Source of the DNA: a virus | Taxonomy: Duplodnaviria; Caudoviricetes | Virus record (IMG/VR): IMGVR_UViG_3300007177_000042 | DNA length: 64,000 nucleotides | Reading direction: 5' to 3' (one strand) | Shown here: in pieces, positions 33,723 to 41,021 of the stretch | Layout: every line of letters begins with the position of its first letter | Position numbering within the stretch: the first letter of the stretch is position 1 | The notes under the pieces: generated by a model | Told to the model about the DNA's origin: nothing | Database searches by the model: none | What the model saw: the letters and a program-made list of their open reading frames with translations, nothing else | Translations under genes and position numbers: made by a program

Positions 33723-34655
33723 ATGAAATCTAACTCAAAAATTTACGTTGCTGGACATAATGGTATGGTAGGCTCTGCCATCTGGAGATCATTATTATCG
33801 AAAGGATATGACAATTTGATGGGAGCATCCAGTAGGGATTTGGATTTGAAAGATCAGCAAAAGGTCAACAATTTTTTTGAAATCACAAATCCGGAGTATG
33901 TTGTGGTTGCTGCTGCAAAAGTTGGTGGTATTGTTGCCAACAGTACATATCCAGCGGAATTTATTTACAACAACCTTCAGATTCAAAACAACTTAATTGA
34001 ATCATCTCGACGATATGGTGTAAAAAAATTGTTGTTTTTGGGAAGCAGTTGTATCTATCCTAAGTATGCTCCACAGCCGATTCGTGAAGAACATTTGTTG
34101 ACAGGCACTCTTGAACCTACAAATGAATGGTATGCTCTGGCAAAAATTGCAGGAATCAAGATGTGTCAGGCATATCGCAAACAATACGGGTGTAACTTCA
34201 TAAGTGCTATGCCGTGTAACTTGTATGGAGAACGTGATAATTTCGATTTGAATACTTCACATGTTTTGCCAGCGTTGATTCGAAAGTTTCACGAAGCCAA
34301 AGTCTACAACAAGCCACAAGTCGTTTGCTGGGGAACGGGTACGCCTATGAGAGAGTTCCTTTACGTAGATGATTTGGCGGACGCCTGTGTATTTTTGTTA
34401 GAGAGTTACGATGAAGATCAACACATCAATGTTGGATTCGGTGAAGACATTACAATCAAACAAGCAGTTGAAACCGTCCGTGATGTTGTTGGTTATGAAG
34501 GAGAAATTGTATGGGACACTACAAAGCCAGATGGAACGCCACGAAAGATAATGGATAGCACAAGAATTCAAAACATGGGGTGGAAACCAAAAGTTCAGTT
34601 ACGAGAGGGATTGGAAAAAACTTACTATTGGTTCAAAAATTCTGTACGTTTTTGA
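33723..34655 (+). CDS. fcl: GDP-L-fucose synthase
   Basis: AGHNGMVGSA, AAAKVGGI, GSSCIYPK, YALAK, WGTGTPMREF, KPDGTPRK. Confidence 0.95.
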   Translation: MKSNSKIYVAGHNGMVGSAIWRSLLSKGYDNLMGASSRDLDLKDQQKVNNFFEITNPEYVVVAAAKVGGIVANSTYPAEFIYNNLQIQNNLIESSRRYGVKKLLFLGSSCIYPKYAPQPIREEHLLTGTLEPTNEWYALAKIAGIKMCQAYRKQYGCNFISAMPCNLYGERDNFDLNTSHVLPALIRKFHEAKVYNKPQVVCWGTGTPMREFLYVDDLADACVFLLESYDEDQHINVGFGEDITIKQAVETVRDVVGYEGEIVWDTTKPDGTPRKIMDSTRIQNMGWKPKVQLREGLEKTYYWFKNSVRF

Positions 34656-34787
34656 AATTTGCCAATATGTATTGACAGAATGAAGAATCAATCCGTACAG
34701 TCAAGTGTAGTCGCCGGACAATCAAGTCCAGCGCTATTGCCTAGCTTAAGCTAGAACTGACTAACGGTAAATTTGCTAAAGAACAAA

Positions 34788-34822
34788 CCGTTGGTCCACA
34801 AAACCAACGGTTTTTTGTTTTT
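34788..34822 (+). terminator. Intrinsic terminator
   Basis: AACCGTTGG...CCAACGGTT followed by a T tract. Confidence 0.75.
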
Positions 34823-35061
34823 GAGCAAGGCTTGACTTTTCAAAGAGACGTGGTATAGTGAATGGACAATAAAGAACGACAATATGGAAAACGACATTGA
34901 CAATACAACGCAGTTGGATTACCTTAGAAACAAGATGTTGAATGAACGGTATCCAACATACCAATACTACATGGCAATTAAGCAAGTTGCTGATAGTATT
35001 TTTCCTGAACCGGAATACAAGTATTTGAAATTGTTGAATATTGAGTAAAAAAATTTTGGGC

Positions 35062-35148
35062 TTGAAACTCTATCTGGTGTGCCCTTCGTAAGATAAAACA
35101 CTTGATCGGTCAACTGGTGTTATCCTAGTAGAGAACCAGTATGGCGAT
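35062..35148 (+). ncRNA. Operon-leader RNA motif, copy B
   Basis: Paralog of 16877-16997 with covarying stems. Confidence 0.65.
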
Positions 35149-35167
35149 AAATTGGTACAAATTTAAC

Positions 35168-35242
35168 GGGCGGTTAGCTCAGTGGAAGAGCAGATCCTTT
35201 ACACGGATAAGGTCAGAGGTTCAAATCCTTTACCGCCTACCA
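35168..35242 (+). tRNA. tRNA-Val(UAC)
   Basis: Loop TTTACAC. Confidence 0.95.
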
Positions 35243-35249
35243 TTTTTAT

Positions 35250-35327
35250 CGGAGTGTAGCTCAACTTGGCTAGAGCGCTTGCTTTGGGAGCAAGAAGTTG
35301 CAGGTTCAAATCCTGTCACTCCGACCA
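35250..35327 (+). tRNA. tRNA-Pro(UGG)
   Basis: Loop TTTGGGA. Confidence 0.95.
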
Positions 35328-35333
35328 TTTTAC

Positions 35334-35411
35334 GGTGATATAGACCAACTGGAAGGAGTCGTTACTTTGAGAGAGTAAATAGTGCAGGTTCGAATCCTGT
35401 TATCACCACCA
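35334..35411 (+). tRNA. tRNA-Leu(GAG), short variable loop
   Basis: TTACT-TTGAGAG-AGTAA. Confidence 0.85.
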
Positions 35412-35414
35412 ATT

Positions 35415-35498
35415 CGGCATATGATGTAATAGAAGCCATGCGAGTCTTAGAAGCTCGTGGAGAAATCCGTGGGGGTGCAAGTCCCTCTATGCCGACCA
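35415..35498 (+). tRNA. tRNA-Leu(UAG)
   Basis: Loop CTTAGAA, V arm. Confidence 0.9.
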
Positions 35499-35505
35499 AT
35501 TTAAT

Positions 35506-35583
35506 GGCTACGTAGACCAACCGGAAGGAGTCGTCTATCTCAAAAATAGAATAGTGCTGGTTCGAATCCAGTCGTAGCTACCA
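35506..35583 (+). tRNA. tRNA-Leu(CAA), short variable loop
   Basis: TCTAT-CTCAAAA-ATAGA. Confidence 0.85.
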
Positions 35584-35592
35584 ATTTATAAT

Positions 35593-35677
35593 GGGTGTGT
35601 GGACACGGCGAAACTGGAAGAAGCGTCTCATTTAAAACGAGAAGTCCTTGTGAGTTCGAATCTCACCACACCTACCA
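35593..35677 (+). tRNA. tRNA-Leu(UAA), atypical (large D loop, short V region)
   Basis: Loop TTTAAAA. Confidence 0.7.
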
Positions 35678-35683
35678 ATTTAT

Positions 35684-35759
35684 GGGCTGGCATGTTCTAA
35701 GGGAGCGAGACTGTTTTGCAAACAATCTGTTGTGAGTTCGATTCTCATCTGGTCCACCA
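35684..35759 (+). tRNA. tRNA-Ala(UGC)
   Basis: G3-U70; loop TTTGCAA. Confidence 0.8.
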
Positions 35760-35879
35760 ATTTTTTTGCTAGTTTGAACGTAACCACATATTCATGTGGA
35801 CGAGGGGACGACCCCGCTTAGACGCACTAAGAAGATTTGTTCTTAGTGGTAAGACGGCTTCAAACGGTACACATTTTAT

Positions 35880-35969
35880 GGAAGGGTGGCTGAGTGGCTT
35901 AAGGCGTCGGTCTTGAAAACCGAAGGGGCCTCAAAACCTCCGGGGGTTCGAATCCCTCTCCTTCCTCCA
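35880..35969 (+). tRNA. tRNA-Ser(UGA)
   Basis: Loop CTTGAAA. Confidence 0.95.
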
Positions 35970-35975
35970 ATTTAT

Positions 35976-36069
35976 GGATGGTAGACGAATAGTTAGTTAG
36001 TCGTATCTGTTTGCTAAACAGACGTGGCCTAAAAAACCACTGTGGGGGCAGCACCCACATCATCCGCCA
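35976..36069 (+). tRNA. tRNA-Ser(GCU)
   Basis: Loop TTGCTAA; T loop GGCAGCA. Confidence 0.9.
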
Positions 36070-36075
36070 ATTTGT

Positions 36076-36162
36076 GGAACATAAACCGGACAGCCGTGCC
36101 GGAACTGATTCGAAATCAGATTGCACTATGTGTGTGGGGTTGAAGTCCTCTGTGTTCCGCCA
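36076..36162 (+). tRNA. tRNA-Ser(CGA)
   Basis: Loop TTCGAAA. Confidence 0.85.
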
Positions 36163-36164
36163 AT

Positions 36165-36252
36165 GGAGAGTAAACCAGTTAGGTACTGGGGTTGATTGGA
36201 AATCAGCACGCACCTTGAAAGGTGTGAGTTTCGAATACTCTGCTCTCCTCCA
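36165..36252 (+). tRNA. tRNA-Ser(GGA)
   Basis: Loop TTGGAAA. Confidence 0.85.
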
Positions 36253-36341
36253 TTTAATAACACTCCACTTGACATTGGAACCGAGAACTGATAGATTGAT
36301 ATCGTTCCTTGAAGAAATCGGAGATTGTCAAAAGATTTTAT

Positions 36342-36433
36342 GGTGAGGTGTCTGAGTGGTCTAAAGAGACAGTTTGCTAAACTGTTGTACGGTTAACCCC
36401 GTACCGAGGGTTCGAATCCCTCCCTCACCGCCA
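36342..36433 (+). tRNA. tRNA-Ser(GCU)
   Basis: Canonical. Confidence 0.95.
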
Positions 36434-36438
36434 ATTTT

Positions 36439-36512
36439 GCGGGTATAGCTCAATGGTAGAGTGTCAGTCTTCCAAACTGATTATGCGGGTTCAATTCCCG
36501 CTACCCGCTCCA
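36439..36512 (+). tRNA. tRNA-Gly(UCC)
   Basis: Canonical. Confidence 0.95.
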
Positions 36513-36522
36513 AGTTTATGAC

Positions 36523-36596
36523 TGGGGATTTGCATAATGGTAGTGCAGGAGACTTTGGATCTCTTAGTGAAGGTTCGATTCCTTCATCCCCTGCCA
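36523..36596 (+). tRNA. tRNA-Gln(UUG)
   Basis: Loop CTTTGGA. Confidence 0.92.
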
Positions 36597-36844
36597 ACAT
36601 TTATATATGTCAGTTAAGGGTCTAACTTTAGAGAAATTGTAACTAGTGATCATATGTTACAAAAGTAAATTCTAGTTGTCGAAAGGCACGTTGATCAAAC
36701 ACTGACTGAAATTTTGTTACGATAGATACATGGTAAACACAGTTAAGTGTTCGTGGAATCAAAATAATCGTCTAATAAATATAGGACGATAAATACCACC
36801 AAGATCGCATGTCGCTATAGCAAACTTTATCGTAACGTTTTTAT

Positions 36845-36920
36845 CGGAGTGTAATGTCAAAAGTAGACGGCCTGTTTTGGAGACAGGAGGTTGAGATTGC
36901 GAAATTCTCCACTCCGACCA
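36845..36920 (+). tRNA. tRNA-Pro(UGG)
   Basis: Loop TTTGGAG. Confidence 0.85.
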
Positions 36921-36970
36921 TTTTAATTTGTCTCGCCGAAAATAACGGTTGCATATCTACCAAGTAAAAT

Positions 36971-37046
36971 CGGGCGTGAGGAAGATAGCTAATCCGCGCC
37001 GTTTGGGACGGCGAGACACCGGGAGCAATACCCGGACGCCCGACCA
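36971..37046 (+). tRNA. tRNA-Pro(UGG)
   Basis: Loop TTTGGGA; T loop AGCAATA. Confidence 0.85.
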
Positions 37047-37051
37047 TTTAT

Positions 37052-37125
37052 TGGGGTTTAGTATAAAAGTATTATGGCTCGCTTTGAACGAGAGGACGGT
37101 GGAGCATTACCATCAACCCCAGCCA
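37052..37125 (+). tRNA. tRNA-Gln(UUG)
   Basis: Loop CTTTGAA; T loop AGCATTA. Confidence 0.9.
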
Positions 37126-37134
37126 AATTAATAA

Positions 37135-37239
37135 TCAGCGTGTAGACCAACATTAAAGAGTCAATTCCCACAAGGGAACAATGAGTGTGGCTTGAAAGAG
37201 ATGTCTATGTGACAGGTGAAAATCCCACTACGCTGACCA
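37135..37239 (+). ncRNA. tRNA-scaffolded RNA with T arm replaced by an inserted domain
   Basis: CAGCGTG/TACGCTG-A-CCA; D arm GAC/GTC; TTCCC/GGGAA arm; GTGG...AAAGA...GACA-G-GTGAAAATC-CCAC. Confidence 0.55.
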
Positions 37240-37263
37240 TTTATTTAAAATCAAAACTATTTA

Positions 37264-37506
37264 TTGCGTAGGAGTTCAATTATGAATATCAAAAACGCAA
37301 TAAAAATGTTTGTAGTCACAAATTTATGTTTGTTGACATTAACCGCTGCCGGATTTCAAACGGAAAAATCAATTGAGACGTATAGAAAAAATTATACATC
37401 GTTGGTTTCTAAATGGAAGAAAGAAAAAAACGTTGAAAAGAAGAAAATTCTTCGTCAACAAATTGAACAGTTGAAAGAAAACAATGTTCATCTGTTCAAA
37501 AAGTAA
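37264..37506 (+). CDS. Secreted or membrane small protein (likely start 37282)
   Basis: Signal-like N-terminus; TATTTAT upstream. Confidence 0.6.
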   Translation: MRRSSIMNIKNAIKMFVVTNLCLLTLTAAGFQTEKSIETYRKNYTSLVSKWKKEKNVEKKKILRQQIEQLKENNVHLFKK

Positions 37507-37511
37507 TTTAT

Positions 37512-37585
37512 TGGGGATTAGTATAAAAGCATTATAACTGACTCTGAATCAGAAGAAGGTGGAGCATTACCATCATCCCCAGCCA
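37512..37585 (+). tRNA. tRNA-Gln(CUG)
   Basis: Loop CTCTGAA. Confidence 0.9.
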
Positions 37586-37607
37586 ATTTTGTTACTATTT
37601 ATACAAT

Positions 37608-37967
37608 ATGATAAAAGCAATCTTAACAAGTATGTTATTGTCCATATCAGTAATGGCATCAGAAAAAACATTGTTGAGTGAGGTTATAGATTTGACCAAA
37701 GAGAAAATTTCAAATGAAATCATTGTTGATTATATCAAGACGAAACCATTGTTGATTAAGTTATCTGCTCAGAATATAATTGAATTAAAGAAAGAAAAAG
37801 TTGATGATGCGGTTGTGAAATTTTTGATTCAAAAGTCTGAGTATGAAGAGAAGATTAAACTGGTGTTGGATAACTATGACAAAATAGTTGAATATAACAA
37901 CTACATATATTTTCAAAAAACATATTTGGAGCCGAGAGCAAAAGCTATGGCTGTCAAATATAATTGA
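37608..37967 (+). CDS. Secreted hypothetical protein
   Basis: Signal peptide; LSEVIDLTKEKISNEIIVDYIK...LSAQNIIELKKEKVDDAVVKFL. Confidence 0.7.
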   Translation: MIKAILTSMLLSISVMASEKTLLSEVIDLTKEKISNEIIVDYIKTKPLLIKLSAQNIIELKKEKVDDAVVKFLIQKSEYEEKIKLVLDNYDKIVEYNNYIYFQKTYLEPRAKAMAVKYN

Positions 37968-37968
37968 A

Positions 37969-38283
37969 TTTGACACAAGTGACTCTACGCTGGTGTAAAT
38001 AACACTAGAGGAAGTTCGCTGCTGCACAGCAGATGATTGGGAGGACATAAGTTAACTTCAAATTGCCCACAACGATTAAAAGATTGCAATTCCGTGGAAG
38101 CAAGGAGCAATCCGGTTAACCTCAGTCCGTTAAAACCACAAATTAGCAGTAATCCTAAATAACCCGAGTGTAGTGCTGCACGTTGAAGGGTGAGGTTGGA
38201 GCAGTTGTTTTTAACGAACAACCAGTAGTAATACTGAGAGAAATGTAGGGATAAAACAGAACAGCGGCTATGGCTGTGTCAAA
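37969..38283 (+). ncRNA. rnpB: RNase P RNA (divergent)
   Basis: P1 TTTGACACA/TGTGTCAAA; P2 CTCTAC/GTAGGG; P3 hairpin; CR-I GAGGAAGTTCGCTG (38008) pairs with CR-V ACAGAACAGCGGCTA (P4 with bulged U); P18-like CAGTA-GTAA-TACTG followed by AGAGAAATG. Confidence 0.78.
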
Positions 38284-38376
38284 AATCTTGTGGTGGTTTG
38301 ACCACGGCGTGAGGGACACGATACACCCCTGTATGTCTGACCCGGACGAAACGACCCGTAAGGGTAGGGTTGAATT

Positions 38377-38589
38377 TTGATGAAAACATACAAGTTAACA
38401 GAGCTTAAAGCCGGAGAAAAAGGGCGAATTGTTGAAGTTAACATTGATAGTCAACGGTTAAAAGAACTTGGCATTATTCGTGGTGCAATTATAACCGTAG
38501 TTACAAACAATTTAATTTGTATGATTTGTAATACCCGAATTTGTTTGGGTAAACCGATGACAGACAATATCATCGTTGAAAAGATGTGA
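38377..38589 (+). CDS. feoA: FeoA-family protein
   Basis: LTELKAGEKGRIVEV...QRLKELGIIRGAIITV...RICLG. Confidence 0.75.
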   Translation: MMKTYKLTELKAGEKGRIVEVNIDSQRLKELGIIRGAIITVVTNNLICMICNTRICLGKPMTDNIIVEKM

Positions 38590-38650
38590 TCGTTGGTGTA
38601 TAGAATTATAGCACGCTACACGTTGAGAGGGTAGAGGAGATCGAAGTTGA

Positions 38651-38689
38651 CGGGTTAGACATTATCAGGAACGTTTCGTGAAATCCCCG
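38651..38689 (+). ncRNA. wwAGA/GAAC/GTGAAATC motif RNA, copy 7 (in a larger element at about 38605-38716)
   Basis: CGGG-TTAGA-CATTATCAG-GAAC-GTTTC-GTGAAATC-CCCG. Confidence 0.7.
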
Positions 38690-38849
38690 TATATTCGCAA
38701 GTCACGGTCATCCAATTTCACAAACACCCGATTGGAGGATTCCTTAAGGGTTTGGGCGCATGTGCCGCACAGCTTTTTAGCGTATAATAGCACGGTTTGT
38801 GAATGTTTTCTTTTGACAAACACTATATATTGGTGTATGTTGTTTTTAT

Positions 38850-38924
38850 GGGCTGGTGGTGCTAATGGTAACACAACTCGTTTGCACCGAGTGGTTAGGA
38901 GTTCGATTCTCCTCCGGTCCACCA
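38850..38924 (+). tRNA. tRNA-Ala(UGC)
   Basis: G3-U70; loop TTTGCAC. Confidence 0.92.
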
Positions 38925-38934
38925 ATTTTAGAGC

Positions 38935-39008
38935 GCGGGTATGATGTAGTGGTAGCCTGCAACCTTGCCAAGGTCGATGTGCCGGTTCGATTCCGGCTAC
39001 CCGCTCCA
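38935..39008 (+). tRNA. tRNA-Gly(GCC)
   Basis: Loop TTGCCAA. Confidence 0.95.
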
Positions 39009-39015
39009 AACTTAA

Positions 39016-39046
39016 CAAGGCCTGTATTACACAGGCCTTTTTTTTA
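39016..39046 (+). terminator. Intrinsic terminator ending the second tRNA operon
   Basis: AAGGCCTGT-atta-ACAGGCCTT followed by a T tract. Confidence 0.85.
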
Positions 39047-39057
39047 TGTAAAATGTT

Positions 39058-39804
39058 ATGACATGCGATGTTGGCGCAGTAGCGATAGTTTATCAAAAAC
39101 AAGTACAGTCTAGTATCGAAATGATAAAATCATTTCGACAAAACAATCAATCATCTACGATAGTGTTATGTACGGATGGATTGGTTGATGAGATTGACGA
39201 TATATGTAAAGAATATTCGTGTTCAGCGGTGATCAATCACAATCAATTGGGTTATCCAGCCAGTCATGATATTGAAATTCCAATCGAATATTTTCGTAGG
39301 TTATTATTGGCGTCACAATTGATATCAGAAAAATACTTCATAAACCTTGAGCCAGATTGTTTGGTAACAGGAAAAATAACGATACCATATGAGGATTATG
39401 ATTTCATCATCAACCAAGATCCAACTGTACAGTGGTTATATTACTTTGAGGGAAAAGACATTCTACGATCTTCAATCATTGATAATGTTTTGAACTACTA
39501 CAAAAATAACAACGTTTATAGCGAACAGCTATTTGACAAAATAATGGGTGGGGGAGGCGACATTTACAACAAGAATATAACGGACAAAATATTACATGAA
39601 TGGCAATTGTTTAAAACCCGTGCATACGATTTTAAACATTTATGTGAATCTGCACAAAAAGTATGGTATCATGACATGATTGTATCGTTTCAGGTCCCCT
39701 TTCATTGCAAATCAAGATACTGGGGTATAGATTATGCAGAACGAACAAAGGATTTGAATTTGTCAGACAGAATTTTTCATAGGTGTAAGCAGTTTTACAC
39801 ATAA
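39058..39804 (+). CDS. Putative GT-A fold glycosyltransferase-like protein
   Basis: IVLCTDG...FINLEPDCLV pattern. Confidence 0.5.
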   Translation: MTCDVGAVAIVYQKQVQSSIEMIKSFRQNNQSSTIVLCTDGLVDEIDDICKEYSCSAVINHNQLGYPASHDIEIPIEYFRRLLLASQLISEKYFINLEPDCLVTGKITIPYEDYDFIINQDPTVQWLYYFEGKDILRSSIIDNVLNYYKNNNVYSEQLFDKIMGGGGDIYNKNITDKILHEWQLFKTRAYDFKHLCESAQKVWYHDMIVSFQVPFHCKSRYWGIDYAERTKDLNLSDRIFHRCKQFYT

Positions 39805-39911
39805 AATTCAATGGAATGAACGATCTTGACATCACACAACAAAAGTGTAAGATAGAATTTGAATACGATCCAAATATGTGATAATAGTTATTAACGGTTC
39901 TTTTACAATAT

Positions 39912-40295
39912 GGGCGTGTACTGGTTTCGATTCAAAAATGTAGGTGTGCTAGGCACGTAGAGGACGATAGTTGGCCTCTTTAATCATCTATCAAAATATA
40001 ACTGCTAACAAGAAGAGCAAAGTAGTAAGCTACGACTTCACTTCCCGTGAGGCCGTTGCTCTCGCAGCCTAAGTTGCTGCACATCTTTTATGATGATGTC
40101 TGATAATTGTAAAAGATGATAAACATCAGGCTAGATAACAATTTGTTTGGGATTGTTGTTGATCTTCTACCAGACACCATCAACATAAAGTTTGTTGTTT
40201 TAGATTTGTGTTGATGTAACAAAAAACAACTAAGCGTGTAGTCTGGTATACTTTAAGTTTTGAAGACGCGAGTTCGACTCTCGCCACGTCCACCA
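39912..40295 (+). ncRNA. ssrA: tmRNA
   Basis: GGGCGTG/CACGTCC-A-CCA with G3-U70; T arm; tag (A)ANKKSKVVSYDFTSREAVALAA* at 40004-40072. Confidence 0.95.
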
Positions 40296-40351
40296 ATTTT
40301 CTTTATTTTCTGTTTTGGTTATACTAGTTATATCTAGAAAGGTTATTAACT

Positions 40352-40540
40352 ATGGCAAGTTCCAAAGCGGATATACAAAAAAAGGTGTATGAGTTGACAG
40401 AAAAACTCATTTTCACAAAAAAAGATTTTAAGGATGTAGCATCTGGTTACAAAGAAAAAATCAAAGAGTTAGAAAACGAAATTAAAGCGTTGGTTGAAGA
40501 GGCTGAATCAACATCACCAACTTCTACTACATCAAGTTAA
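40352..40540 (+). CDS. Coiled-coil hypothetical protein
   Basis: ORF track. Confidence 0.7.
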   Translation: MASSKADIQKKVYELTEKLIFTKKDFKDVASGYKEKIKELENEIKALVEEAESTSPTSTTSS

Positions 40541-40698
40541 TTTTAACGATTGATTGTCTCAACAAATGGCCCTAAGTATGGATACATGGGCGCAACTTGA
40601 CAAAAAAAGTAAAAACTTAAGTTGTTTTGAAAGTCGAGTAAGGTGTCTTACACCGAGAGGTAAGATATGAATTTGACGAGATTCAAATAGACAATTGA

Positions 40699-41013
40699 TT
40701 GTATGCCACAAATGAAAATTTGTGGCTTTATTATTTTCATATGAAAGAATTTCCAAATCATTATTCTAAATGTGACTGTTCTGGTCATTTGTTAGAAATT
40801 GAAAGATATTATTATACCGATAGTGACAAAGGATTCCAAATAACGACGTGGAATCTAGGTTTATCCACCAAAAAATTGTCATACTTAGAAAGGTTACGAT
40901 GGATTTGGCAAATACTTACCAAAGGAACTCTTTGGACCGATTATGTGATGATTTCGGATGACAGTGCCAAAAAACTAGCACGATTTATCGATGAACACAT
41001 AAATTCCAAATAA
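40699..41013 (+). CDS. Hypothetical protein (start probably 40740)
   Basis: CDCSGH motif. Confidence 0.6.
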   Translation: MYATNENLWLYYFHMKEFPNHYSKCDCSGHLLEIERYYYTDSDKGFQITTWNLGLSTKKLSYLERLRWIWQILTKGTLWTDYVMISDDSAKKLARFIDEHINSK

Positions 41014-41021
41014 TTATATTC

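Noticed and set aside
36717-36775. Possible module variant ACG-ATAGA...GTGGAATC
   Set aside because: No GAAC block and no adjacent closing stem.
8123-38370. Hammerhead, twister, pistol or HDV/theta ribozymes among the interspersed RNAs (e.g. CTGATGA at 8173, CTGATAAG at about 18668 and 30267)
   Set aside because: The required catalytic cores and stem II geometry could not be completed by eye; an Infernal scan is needed.
30006-39113. ORF-track entries overlapping tRNA and ncRNA genes (e.g. 30006-30257, 35141-35338, 36011-36346, 35899-36213, 38665-39102, 38856-39113, 26790-27170)
   Set aside because: They are translations of tRNA or structured-RNA sequence with no protein-like features.
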